Of a stretch of DNA of 64,000 bases, positions 1 to 10,400 are shown one piece after another. Position numbers and translations under genes: made by a program. A model generated the notes under the pieces. That model had not been told where the DNA came from, did not search any database, and was given only the letters and a program-made list of their open reading frames with translations. The stretch is from a virus: positions 1 to 64,000 of IMG/VR virus record IMGVR_UViG_3300040801_004532. One strand, written 5' to 3'. Each line of letters opens with the position of its first letter. The first letter of the stretch is position 1.

Positions 1-203
1 CCTGCTGTAACCTTGCATCCATTACTAACTCCTTCTACCGTAAATCCAGTTCCATCACCTCCAACAATTTGGCAGTCAAAAGGAGCTTGTCCCCCATCCA
101 CCTGTAAAATAGTTGATTCTCCATTATTAACTACCTCAGGTGAACCGCTATCAAACTCTGGTGGGAAGTATGTTCTTTTAAATGTTAGTGATATATTACC
201 CAT
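1..203 (-). CDS. Partial CDS (N-terminal ~67 aa; the gene continues past the window start). Paralogue of the Cys-rich fibre-associated protein at 3687..4571.
   Basis: DNA 120-203 is near-identical to 4487-4571 (…aaatgttagtgatatat(t/a)cccat). ATG (rc 'cat') at 201-203. Confidence 0.4.
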   Translation of the reverse strand, partial: MGNISLTFKRTYFPPEFDSGSPEVVNNGESTILQVDGGQAPFDCQIVGGDGTGFTVEGVSNGCKVTA

Positions 204-232
204 CTACAATATCTCTCCCTACAATCTGCTCA

Positions 233-1747
233 TTATGGACATCTCCACCTTTGGAAGTTGACAGAACAAAAATAACCAGAACTACAACCAACTTCTGTTG
301 CAGTTATACACCAATCTCCACAATATGAACAAATGCCTGGATTCAACCCACCTCCCTCTGCGCATGATTCTTGGAAACCGAAAGATCCACTTATACGACA
401 TGTGTATTGCACACGACAGCCAGGGTTATTATAATAGATCTGTTCTGCTCCAGGAGTGCAACCACCCGAGACACCACCATGACAACTACTCCACCCACCT
501 GAAGTACAACGAACAATTCCAAGAACAGTATTGCCACAAATATCTGTTACTGTAATCTGTGCTGCACCACAAGCAGATCCATTAGCATATAGAGTATTGG
601 TTTTTCCATAAGTTCTTAAATTTTCCAATGAAAAACCAGTTCCCGAAACAGACCAATCATAATATCCACAAGTACCTGTTGAATCAACTGCAACTGTTAC
701 ACCAATTTCATCATCACCTTGAGAAATTATATCAGCACTTATATCATTATCCCAATCTATAGCAATACATGAACTACAATCTACTCCGCCTACAGACCAA
801 CCAACAGATTGTCCCTGATCATCAGTACAAGTAACATCAACATAACCTGAAATACTCTCTCCTGCTGTTATGGAGAAACCATTTTCAGTATCATTAAATG
901 TAAAACCACCTCCATTTATTACTGCTTCACAATCAACTGGAGGCATTCCACCATCAACTGTATAATTAATAGTCTGCCCTGGTTCGATTGTTTCTGATTG
1001 TCCAGAAGGTATGGTTGGAGGAGAAAAAAGTGGGTACCCTGGATAATAATCATCTATATCATCAGGTCCCATTCCATAAGTTTTAACCATCCAATTTAAA
1101 AAATAACCATCCTGGTCAATCGGATCTGAAAATTGCACCCGAAAACCATCAAATCTTTTTTCAATTACCATTAGATCATAAGGAAAAGGACCACTTGAAT
1201 AATCTAATGAAAACTCTAAACTAGCTACAACTGCATATTTTAAAGTGGTCATTTCTTCAGAAAAAACAATATTAGCAGTTGTGTCTCCAGAAGCTATTTC
1301 CCATAGACCGTCTGTTACAATATATGCTGGGTTTAACTCTGAACCATCTATTCCAGATGATCCAGATGATCCAGATGTTCCACTTGTACCAATGACTCCA
1401 GATGATCCAGAAGTTCCTGATGTTTTTGATGTACCAGATGTACCAGATGTACCAGATGTACCAGATGTACCCCCACTTGTTCCAGATGTACCAGATGTAC
1501 CAGAAGACCCAGAATAGCCTGAAGAACCAGAAATTCCAGCCTCACATGATCCAGCTTTCTGTCTTACAGCGCATAAGGTTATGAATGTATCTGCTCGCGT
1601 ACTATCCAGACCATATGTTGGATCGCCAGAGATATTTAGATGTTGCCCATCATAATATATCTCCACTTCGTTGGAATTTTCGGTACGACCCATACGTACT
1701 CTTTTATTTGTTCCAACATATAGTTTTCCATTCTTAACCTTGGCCAT
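233..1747 (-). CDS. Tail-fibre-like protein with a collagen-like Gly-X-Y repeat (GTSGTSGSSG…) and a Cys-rich C-terminal domain
   Basis: 504-aa ORF. About 35 G-X-Y triplets. C-terminal domain is paralogous to 3687..4571 and 4594..6120 (CGYYDWSVSGTGFSLE…TNTLYANGSACGAA). N-terminus resembles the other fibres. Confidence 0.6.
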   Translation of the reverse strand: MAKVKNGKLYVGTNKRVRMGRTENSNEVEIYYDGQHLNISGDPTYGLDSTRADTFITLCAVRQKAGSCEAGISGSSGYSGSSGTSGTSGTSGGTSGTSGTSGTSGTSKTSGTSGSSGVIGTSGTSGSSGSSGIDGSELNPAYIVTDGLWEIASGDTTANIVFSEEMTTLKYAVVASLEFSLDYSSGPFPYDLMVIEKRFDGFRVQFSDPIDQDGYFLNWMVKTYGMGPDDIDDYYPGYPLFSPPTIPSGQSETIEPGQTINYTVDGGMPPVDCEAVINGGGFTFNDTENGFSITAGESISGYVDVTCTDDQGQSVGWSVGGVDCSSCIAIDWDNDISADIISQGDDEIGVTVAVDSTGTCGYYDWSVSGTGFSLENLRTYGKTNTLYANGSACGAAQITVTDICGNTVLGIVRCTSGGWSSCHGGVSGGCTPGAEQIYYNNPGCRVQYTCRISGSFGFQESCAEGGGLNPGICSYCGDWCITATEVGCSSGYFCSVNFQRWRCP

Positions 1748-1756
1748 TAGTACTCC

Positions 1757-3676
1757 TTATGTATTTTCATTAAGGACAAAAACTCTACCTCTATATGGCA
1801 TTATATGACTACTCGGATCTCCTGGATAGCCAGTGCCTCGATATGAATTTGTAGTAACCCATAGATAAGAGTCAACTCCGTATCCTTCCTTTGGGTAAAC
1901 GGTTGCAGTTGCTATCCCAGTAAATAATCTATCAGGGTAATAATATGCAGCATCCCAGTCGGAAAAAAGATGTGCAGCAACTGGTGAATTTTTAACTCCA
2001 AACGTCATTGTTGAGAGATCATATACAAGAATTGTCGAACCTTGAGATCCTTGTACAGATCCACATACATATAACTTACCTTTATATGGTACTATTTTTT
2101 GTATATTACTGAAAGCAGGTTGTAAACTAATTGTAGGTTCAGCAACAATTTGCCAACTACCGACTCCATCATTCCACACACAGACCTTATCATATTGATC
2201 ATAACCAAGATAATCTCCAAACGCAACAAAAAGATACCCGTTAGCATTACATAGTGCTATTGGTCTCCATTTTGCAGACGCACTTCTGTCTGTATTAAAA
2301 TAAGGAGGAAGATAAGACCAACCGCCTCCGTCAGGATACCATGGTCCAAGAAAGTCACCTGCTGTTTCTGTGAATGAAAGTATAACATACAATGGTCCAT
2401 CCTCTGTAATTGGAGAATATTCCTGACCAGAAACAGTTTCTACCCCTGATAATGACGTATATATAGTTTCTCCTTGAGCATAACGTATCGCGTAGTTAGG
2501 ACCAATAACCCCATATGCATTTTCATCTGTATGAGTGACTATATATACACCTTCTCCAAATTGACGAAATCCACAAACAGTCCAATCTGGCTCTGCATAA
2601 TATGGTTGCCACATTCCAACCCAATATTGCATACTACCACCTAAAAATGGAGAAGTCATTAATGATCCATTAGCTTCATGTAAGTGAGTTCTAGCACCTG
2701 TACTGTGCATATCTCGATCTGTTGAAGTCAAAACACTAATTTCTCCACTTCCGGGATAAGTCCATATATCATGATCTGGGGATAAAACTGAGATAGCACT
2801 CCAGTCAGCGGCAAAATATAACGATCTTGGCGATCCTGCTGATTCACCTACTGCAGTAAATAATGGAGTATCCGCATAAAATGACCCAGATCCAAGCTGT
2901 TTAAATCCGGCTCCAGCTACAGCAGGCGGTGAAGAAAACTCAGGATAAGGTGGTGGAGGCGGAGGTGGAATAATATGGATATTCTCTGACTTTGCCACAT
3001 CTTCAACTAACCAATCAAAAACAAAAGCAGAGGAATCAATTGGTTGATTAAAAGCAACCTTAAAACCGTAGGATGTTTTATCAAATATTAAAAAGTTAAA
3101 TGTTGGGTATGGAACATTGGTCCCCCTGAAGTTTATCGATCCAGTTACAGAATAATATTCTACAATCCTTGGAGTTTCAAAAATAATCAACGATGTTGTA
3201 TCACCGGGATTGAGCTCCAACATTCCTGCTGTAACTATGTTTGTTGAATCGAATTGTGTTACTAATGCAGATGTGCCTGAGTTACCGCTACTACCTGAAG
3301 TACCCGAAGTTCCATCTGTAGCTGAAGTTCCGCTTGACCCTGAGGTTCCATCTATTCCACTAGTTCCTGATGAACCCGATGTCCCAGAAGAGCCACTTGT
3401 CCCACTTGTCCCACTAGATCCAGATGTTCCGCTTGTTCCACTAGTACCAGAAGAGCCAGATGTACCACTTGTCCCTGCACCGCCAGCCTTTACATACTCC
3501 TCAAAGACAGATCTAATAATAAAAGTGTTTTCATTAAGATCTTGTACTCCTGCTGTAGGCGCACCAGATATATTAATAGTTTCACCATCCCATTTAACGA
3601 TAACTTCATTGTTATCACCAAAAATAATGGCTTGGTTTGTTTTGATGTTTAGATTTCTATTTTTATATCTGGCCAT
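1757..3676 (-). CDS. Tail-fibre-like protein with collagen-like repeats and a poly-Pro linker
   Basis: Start placed at M 'MARYKNRNLNIKTNQ' (3676) by homology to the N-termini of 233..1747 and 4594..6120. The ORF track extends to 3763. G-X-Y tract and PPPPPPP. Confidence 0.5.
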   Translation of the reverse strand: MARYKNRNLNIKTNQAIIFGDNNEVIVKWDGETINISGAPTAGVQDLNENTFIIRSVFEEYVKAGGAGTSGTSGSSGTSGTSGTSGSSGTSGTSGSSGTSGSSGTSGIDGTSGSSGTSATDGTSGTSGSSGNSGTSALVTQFDSTNIVTAGMLELNPGDTTSLIIFETPRIVEYYSVTGSINFRGTNVPYPTFNFLIFDKTSYGFKVAFNQPIDSSAFVFDWLVEDVAKSENIHIIPPPPPPPYPEFSSPPAVAGAGFKQLGSGSFYADTPLFTAVGESAGSPRSLYFAADWSAISVLSPDHDIWTYPGSGEISVLTSTDRDMHSTGARTHLHEANGSLMTSPFLGGSMQYWVGMWQPYYAEPDWTVCGFRQFGEGVYIVTHTDENAYGVIGPNYAIRYAQGETIYTSLSGVETVSGQEYSPITEDGPLYVILSFTETAGDFLGPWYPDGGGWSYLPPYFNTDRSASAKWRPIALCNANGYLFVAFGDYLGYDQYDKVCVWNDGVGSWQIVAEPTISLQPAFSNIQKIVPYKGKLYVCGSVQGSQGSTILVYDLSTMTFGVKNSPVAAHLFSDWDAAYYYPDRLFTGIATATVYPKEGYGVDSYLWVTTNSYRGTGYPGDPSSHIMPYRGRVFVLNENT

Positions 3677-3686
3677 TAAATAACTC

Positions 3687-4571
3687 CTATTGTGGGCATC
3701 CCCACTTTTGCAATCCCGGATTAGCACCTGAAAAACCAGAATTATAATATCTACCAGTTTCACATCTTCCGCTTACTTGAGCAAATGGAGGATGACAATA
3801 AGATAGATAAGCTGTTGAACCATCTTCACATGAATATGCTGGATTGTTGCCTGCATTTTGACCACCACATCCCCCACAATATAAAGATCCACTATAGGCA
3901 TATCCGTACTTATATAACCCATCTGGAGAAGTTGCACTACGAGCTATCATACATGTATATACATATGATCTAGTATACGTCAAATTTGAGGTTGGAGTAC
4001 AAGTCAACCATGTACCAGAAGTACATTTAACTTCATGTATTACTTCATTACCACAGGCATCAGTTACAGTAACTTCCGCTGCGCCACAAGCGGATCCATT
4101 TGCATGAAGTGTATTAGTTGTCCCATATGTTCTTGTGTGTTCTAGTGAAAATCCAGTTCCTGAAACTGACCAATCATAATATCCACATGCTCCACCGTTA
4201 ATAGCAATTGTTGTTGAGTCATTTTGAGCAACAGAAGTTCCGCTTGTAATATCGTCCCATGTGATTTCTGTACATGAAGTACAATCTACACCTCCAACAG
4301 ACCATGTTCCAGTTGTATTTCCTTGGTTATCTGTGGCTTGAACTTTAATATAACCACTAATATTTTGTCCCGCAGTTACTCTACAACCAGTTTCTGTTGA
4401 CTTAACTGTAAAACCTGTACCCCCACCCCCAACATTTTGACAATTGAAAGGTGCCTGTCCTTCATTAATCAATAACTCTACGGATTCTCCAGATTCAACG
4501 GTTTGCGGCGATCCACCATCAAATTCTGGCGGAAAGTATGTTCTTTTAAATGTTAGTGATATATTTCCCAT
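3687..4571 (-). CDS. Cys-rich fibre-associated protein (receptor-binding-like domain, paralogue family)
   Basis: 294 aa, 20+ Cys. Aligns with the C-terminal domains of the 504-aa and 508-aa fibres. Confidence 0.5.
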   Translation of the reverse strand: MGNISLTFKRTYFPPEFDGGSPQTVESGESVELLINEGQAPFNCQNVGGGGTGFTVKSTETGCRVTAGQNISGYIKVQATDNQGNTTGTWSVGGVDCTSCTEITWDDITSGTSVAQNDSTTIAINGGACGYYDWSVSGTGFSLEHTRTYGTTNTLHANGSACGAAEVTVTDACGNEVIHEVKCTSGTWLTCTPTSNLTYTRSYVYTCMIARSATSPDGLYKYGYAYSGSLYCGGCGGQNAGNNPAYSCEDGSTAYLSYCHPPFAQVSGRCETGRYYNSGFSGANPGLQKWGCPQ

Positions 4572-4593
4572 TTAACTCCTCTTAAATTTTAAA

Positions 4594-6120
4594 TTATGGA
4601 CAGCTCCATTTATAAATATCCATCCAATCAGGTCTTGCTGGCCAAGCACAATTATTCATTGAAACATCGCTATATCCATATTTTTCTAAGAATGGGGTTC
4701 TTCTATCAACTGTTTCACCATCTGGGCAAGTTAGAACATCTTGATCGAATATTCCAGGATCATCACACCCATTAACCTTAACAGATGTTAAGCTATACCA
4801 GCATGCCTGTGCTGTATTTCCACCTGTACAATTTGTACAACTTATAGCACAACCCGAAGGAGAACCGCAATTTATTTGATTTACAGTTCCACATTTAACC
4901 ATAGTACCTGATGTACATTTTATTTTTTCTGTAATAATATTTCCACATGCATCTTCTACAGTTACAGTTGCAATACCACAAGCACTACTACTTGAATATA
5001 GGGTGTTTGTGGTTCCGACTGTCCTTAAACTTCCTAATGAGAATCCCTCCCCTGTTACAGACCAATCATAAAATCCACAATTGGAGTTTGTTGAAGTTGA
5101 ATCAATCGCAATTGTTACTGAGTCATTTGTTCCAATGACAGAAGCACTTAAATCATGATCCCACTCCATAACAATACATGAACTACAATCAGTACCTCCT
5201 GCTCCCCAACTCCCAACATATCTTCCTGCATCGTCTGTTGCACCAACAGTTATATAACCAGATGCTCCCCCGGGGTCAGCAGTTAAGGTACAACCATTAG
5301 TATATGAACCAATTGTAAAACCACTTCCGCTACCAGATTCTTGATAGCAATTATATGGAGGAAGTCCACCATCAATTTCTAAATATATAGTCTCTCCTGG
5401 TTCAACTGAGTCAGGAGAGGTTTGTGAAAATTCTAAAGTTGGATTTCCAATTTGGTCATAGTCTTTTAAAAGAAAATCAATAATATATGTCTTATCAACT
5501 GGACCGTTTACCTTGATTTTAAAACCTGTTGTTGTCTTATCAAATACCAATGCCTTATAAAAAGTATATGGAGGATCCACTGCATAACATTGTGTTATAG
5601 ATACTGTATATTGATTATGAGGTCTTGGCGATGTAAAGGTTAGAGATGCGGTTGTATCTGATGAGGTTGTATCAAATACTAAAGCTCCAGCTAAAACTAT
5701 TAATGAACTTGAGTCTGAAGGAATAAACGATTCTCCGGATGTTCCTGATGTACCAGATGTTCCTGATGTTCCTGGATCTCCCGAAGTCCCACTCGTTCCA
5801 CTCGTTCCTGATGTTGACCCACTTGTTCCTGATGTGCCAGATGTTCCAGAAGATCCCGAAATTCCCGAAGATCCGCCAGTACCAGAAGTTCCTGATGATC
5901 CACTTGTACCCGATGTCCCCGATGTACCGGAAGGAGACCAATCATCCAAATCCTGTCTGGTTACAAACGTATTGCCTGCAGTTCCATCAATACCTGAAAC
6001 TGGAGTTTGATCTGTTCTTACGAAGTAATCATCATAATAAATTCTTCCTTGGTCATTATCACCAAGTTTAATATCTTCATCAGCTCCGAAGAACACATCG
6101 CCTTTTCTAAATTTTGGCAT
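4594..6120 (-). CDS. Tail-fibre-like protein with collagen-like repeats and a Cys-rich C-terminal domain
   Basis: 508 aa. GTSGTSGSSG tract. C-terminal paralogous motif CGFYDWSVTGEGFSLGSLRTVGTTNTLY…ACG. Confidence 0.6.
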   Translation of the reverse strand: MPKFRKGDVFFGADEDIKLGDNDQGRIYYDDYFVRTDQTPVSGIDGTAGNTFVTRQDLDDWSPSGTSGTSGTSGSSGTSGTGGSSGISGSSGTSGTSGTSGSTSGTSGTSGTSGDPGTSGTSGTSGTSGESFIPSDSSSLIVLAGALVFDTTSSDTTASLTFTSPRPHNQYTVSITQCYAVDPPYTFYKALVFDKTTTGFKIKVNGPVDKTYIIDFLLKDYDQIGNPTLEFSQTSPDSVEPGETIYLEIDGGLPPYNCYQESGSGSGFTIGSYTNGCTLTADPGGASGYITVGATDDAGRYVGSWGAGGTDCSSCIVMEWDHDLSASVIGTNDSVTIAIDSTSTNSNCGFYDWSVTGEGFSLGSLRTVGTTNTLYSSSSACGIATVTVEDACGNIITEKIKCTSGTMVKCGTVNQINCGSPSGCAISCTNCTGGNTAQACWYSLTSVKVNGCDDPGIFDQDVLTCPDGETVDRRTPFLEKYGYSDVSMNNCAWPARPDWMDIYKWSCP

Positions 6121-6128
6121 TTATCTCC

Positions 6129-7427
6129 TTATCTTATAATAGACCATTCAAGAATATAATTTTCAGAATCAATTGGATTAGAAAATAGGACTGTAAATCC
6201 AGATGTTGTCTTTGATATAATTGCCATTGAATAGAACGAAATAGGATCATCAACTGTATTAACTAAAACTAAAGAATCAATGTTATAATTTTCATCTGCC
6301 TCTTCAGAATAAAATAAGATAGTTGCAGATGTTGAGTCAACTTCCAAAGGTCCTGCCCCAACTTTCTGATATCTAACTCTATTCCACCTTTCGCCAAGAT
6401 GTTTTATTTCAAGGACTCCAGTATGATCTCTTATTCCATAACCAGTAGCCCCAGCAGTATCTCCAAAATTTAAATATCCGTTTTCTTTAAAAAGAACTGA
6501 ATTTTCATTTGCTGAAGCAGAAGTTATTTTTATAGGTCTGTTTCCATTTATATCTACATACCAATCCGTATTTCCATAAAATGCCAATCCATAGTTAATA
6601 TGACCAAAGTTATTAGATGTAGCAAACGTATCTCCAAATTCAATTCCGTCGGTTGTTATTGATCCACCTGCGCCCCTTATTCCAGTTGAAACTTTATTAG
6701 CATCAATATCGCCACATCCAGTAACACTAGTTGTTCCATAGTTACATTGAATTCCAACAGTATTTGTATTTCCATTATCTCCAAATTTACAAGTACTTAC
6801 AGATAAAACATTTCCATAACTTAAAATACAAACACGGTTATCATTTTGGACTTTAACAGATAAATATGCAAATGCCACCCAGGAATTTTCTATAAAAAGT
6901 CCAACATCCCCCTCTGGTATTTCAATTAATACAGTATCTGGATCATAATTTTGACCAATTATGTAGATAGACCCCTCAGTTCTTCCTCTTATTTCAAATG
7001 TTTCTAAATATGTACCATCGGCTAAAAATATATATGCATAGTAACCATTAAGAAATCTTGGAACCTGTGTTAATGCATATGTTATTGTTGCCCAAGGAAG
7101 GGTTATAGTTCCTTCACCTGTTGAATCACTTCCTGTTGGAGAAACATAATAATATAAATCCTCTGATGCTCCAGCTTCAGTATCAATATATGTTTTAACG
7201 GCTTTTTCTGTTGGAACTGCAGTATCTGAGTTTCCTACTAATGTTCCATCAGTTGAAAATTCAGAAATGGCTGAACCAGAAATTAGAGAAAGACCTGATT
7301 GATCAAAGGTTCCAACAACGGACCCATCACTTTGTATTTCGATCTTTTTAGAATTATCGTCAACAATAACCTTTGTATCTAAGTCAAAAATCCTATTGAA
7401 GAAATTCCATCTGCGATCATAGGTCAT
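6129..7427 (-). CDS. Tail fibre / beta-helix-like structural protein carrying the shared N-terminal anchor and the 'INEFSTDGTL.GNSD.AVPTE.AVKTY.D' motif
   Basis: 432 aa. N-terminus MTYDRRWNFFNRIFDLD resembles the N-terminus of the 1272-aa fibre. Gly/Asn-rich repeats. Confidence 0.5.
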   Translation of the reverse strand: MTYDRRWNFFNRIFDLDTKVIVDDNSKKIEIQSDGSVVGTFDQSGLSLISGSAISEFSTDGTLVGNSDTAVPTEKAVKTYIDTEAGASEDLYYYVSPTGSDSTGEGTITLPWATITYALTQVPRFLNGYYAYIFLADGTYLETFEIRGRTEGSIYIIGQNYDPDTVLIEIPEGDVGLFIENSWVAFAYLSVKVQNDNRVCILSYGNVLSVSTCKFGDNGNTNTVGIQCNYGTTSVTGCGDIDANKVSTGIRGAGGSITTDGIEFGDTFATSNNFGHINYGLAFYGNTDWYVDINGNRPIKITSASANENSVLFKENGYLNFGDTAGATGYGIRDHTGVLEIKHLGERWNRVRYQKVGAGPLEVDSTSATILFYSEEADENYNIDSLVLVNTVDDPISFYSMAIISKTTSGFTVLFSNPIDSENYILEWSIIR

Positions 7428-7491
7428 TTAAAATTTTCTCCTAAAAAGAGGAGCAGTGAAAGATATTCACTGCTCCAATTTTCTGTGCGTA

Positions 7492-10400
7492 TTAGATTAT
7501 GTAGAAATCACTTCCGTCGCTTACAAATGTATATGCTGAATTGTAAGCATCAATTGATTTAGAAGCAAGCCCATCAATTGTTCCCGGTGTTGTTGAAACA
7601 ATTACACTATTCGAATCAGAAGTAATTTTCTTAATTGTAATTTGCGCATCAACCCCTTCAAATAGATCAATATTAACGTCACCTGCTGTTGTATCAACAA
7701 GTAGAATTTCACCATTCACTGCTGTAGTATCTGAGCTAACATATTTAACTTCTCTAAGTGTGTCAATTGAGGTATCAACATATGTCTTAACTGCTTGCTC
7801 AGTCGGAACTGCAGAATCAGAGTTGTCAGTTAATGTTCCATCGGTTGAAAATTCATTTACAGTTGCTCCAGTTGATAAATATAAGCCAGTTGAATAGAGT
7901 GTAGCTGCTGCTTGAGTATCAACATAGAATCTGATATCTGGATTAGATTTTCCTCCTTCCCAAACGTTGATGAAGGTATTTGAGTCTGCTCTTACAAAAG
8001 TTCCGACTCCATCATTCTCAAATATAGTTGTACCCCCACGGAAAATTTTAAGGGATGGAGTTACTGAGTCATCTGCATCAAAATAAGTACTACCACTAAT
8101 TCCAAAAGTAGCACGAGATCCAGCATAAGCTGTTATATTAGTATCAGCTAATATATCTACATTTGCTCCTGTTTCAGTAGCATATAGATAAAGATATCCT
8201 GATGATCCTTCTAAATAAACATAAGTTTCATCCCCAGCTAATCCTAATCCAATCCAATCCTGTGAGTCAGTATCACAATAAATATAATTATTGCTTCCAG
8301 ATAGATTTGTATAATCACCAACATCAAAGAGAGAAACTCCATCACTTTGAACGAAAGATGTTGTAGCTGCTGCTCCAGTGGAGTCCACATAAAACATATA
8401 ATTAGGAGTTTGCCCTATTAAAATGTCTGGATTAGAAGCATCCACATATGCTTTAACAGCTTTTTCAGTTGGGATTGCACTATCTGAATTTCCAGACAAA
8501 GTCCCATCAGTTGAAAATTCATTTACAGTTGCTCCAGTTGTTAAAGTTAGACCAAACTCTGTAAATGTCGCAGCAACAACGCTTGATTCACTTACTGTAA
8601 TTATATTTGATGTTTGATCAATGGAAACATATGCTTCAGATTCATCACCAAGATTAATTCGTTCCTCATTTGCATCAAGAATTACTCTTGTATCAATATA
8701 ACCATATAGATATTCATCTGTAACTAATAATCTTCCTGCTGCTGATGCTTTTCCAATTCTTTGAGTTGAAGAATCAGGATCAAAATGAGCAACTTCAACT
8801 CCATCGGTTACAATTGTTACATAACCAGATGCTGTTCCATCATCTACAACTTCAACATATGAGTCACCTTCGTAAATTTTGTCTCTAGCAACTTGTCCTG
8901 TTGCTTGATCAACATAGGTTTTTACTGCTTTTTCAGTTGGAACTGCATCATCGGAGTTCCCTACTAATGTCCCATCAGTTGAAAATTCATTTATAGATGC
9001 CCCCGAGGCTAATGTCAGACCCTCAGAAGTGAATGTACCAACTGTAGATGCTGCAACATTCATAGTAATATATTCAGGGGCTACTTCAGCATCAGTTGCA
9101 CCAATTTCAATATAATTATTTGGATCATAAAAAACAGATGTAATTCCTCCAGCAATTTTCTCAAATGCTTTATCATTGCCTGAATAAAGGGAAATGCTTT
9201 CTGAAGCTGTAGAGTCCTGTCCAGTACTTATCTTTAAATAACTTCCTACATCTGTAGAACCAAAATAATTATAAGTATAATCTATATCCATGAAAACTTG
9301 CTCACTAAAACCGGTACCAACAGTGTAAGTAAGTTTTGCATTGTCTCCCGCAACAGAGGAATCAACTTTTATTTCTCCTCCGAGAGTTCCCAACCTAATA
9401 TTTGGATCACCACCTTCTGGATCATTTGCTTCAAAATAAGCACGACCTTCTAGAGCTGTACCCAAATAACCATAATCATACACCGTTAGGGTTATTCCGC
9501 CATAATTTGAATCCGCAGTAATAGAACCGTCAGCGGCTATATCTATCACAGCATCTGTTGCTGTAGCATAGATATAAGTATTACCATCCCCGTCTATATA
9601 ATAGTAAGACAAATCGTTTGCCGCTCCTATTCCTACCCATGTAGAACTTCTATAAAGATAAGGAACAGACCCTGTATTATTCGTATAATCCCCAGCATCA
9701 AAAATTGATGATCCATTAGTGATAATTGAACCTGATGTTACAGCCATCTCATTAGATGCACCAATGTTAAGTTGAATCTGTGTATCTGAAACTTCAATTC
9801 TTCCTGCTGCTGATGCTTTTCCAATTCTTTGAGTTGATGATGATGGATCAAAGTGTGCAACTTCAACTCCATCGGTTACAATAGTTACATAACCAGTAGA
9901 AGTTCCGTCATCTACAACTTCAACATAGGAGTCCCCTTCATAAATCTTATCTAAAGAAATCCCTGAAGTTGCATTATCTACATAGGTTTTTACTGCTTTT
10001 TCTGTAGGAATTACATTATCTGAATTTCCTAGTAATGTTCCGTCAATTGAAAACTCATTTACTGAAGTTCCAGATTGAAGTGAAACTCCAGAAGCAGCAA
10101 TTGTCATGACTCCGGTTGTAGCAATACTCATAGAAATTTGAGCGTCTGTTACTTCAATCCTTCCCGCACCGACTGCTTTACCAATTCTTTGTGTTGAAGC
10201 ATCTGGATCAAAATATGCAACTTGAACTCCATCAGTTACAATTTCAACATACCCAGTTGCAGTTCCATCATCACCAATTCTTACATATGAGTCACCACTG
10301 GCCATTGTAACTTCATCAAGAACGTTATCAATTGTAATATAAGCGTCACCAGCAGTGTCAAATCTCTTTTCAGTATCATTCCACCATGGAACTCTTAGAT

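Noticed and set aside
1245-1584. Plus-strand and alternate-frame ORFs (1245..1517 +, 1348..1545 -, 1402..1584 +) inside the collagen repeat of the 504-aa fibre
   Set aside because: They are low-complexity translations (PDVPDVPD…, QMYQMYQ…) of the GTSGTS-encoding repeat in other frames or on the other strand. These are artefacts of the repeat.
3210-3683. 157-aa plus-strand ORF antisense to the 668-aa fibre
   Set aside because: EVPEVP-type repeat translation of the collagen tract's antisense strand. No independent signals.
5672-6071. ORFs 5672..5941 -, 5700..5945 - and 5739..6071 + within the 508-aa fibre
   Set aside because: Alternate-frame readings of the G-X-Y repeat.
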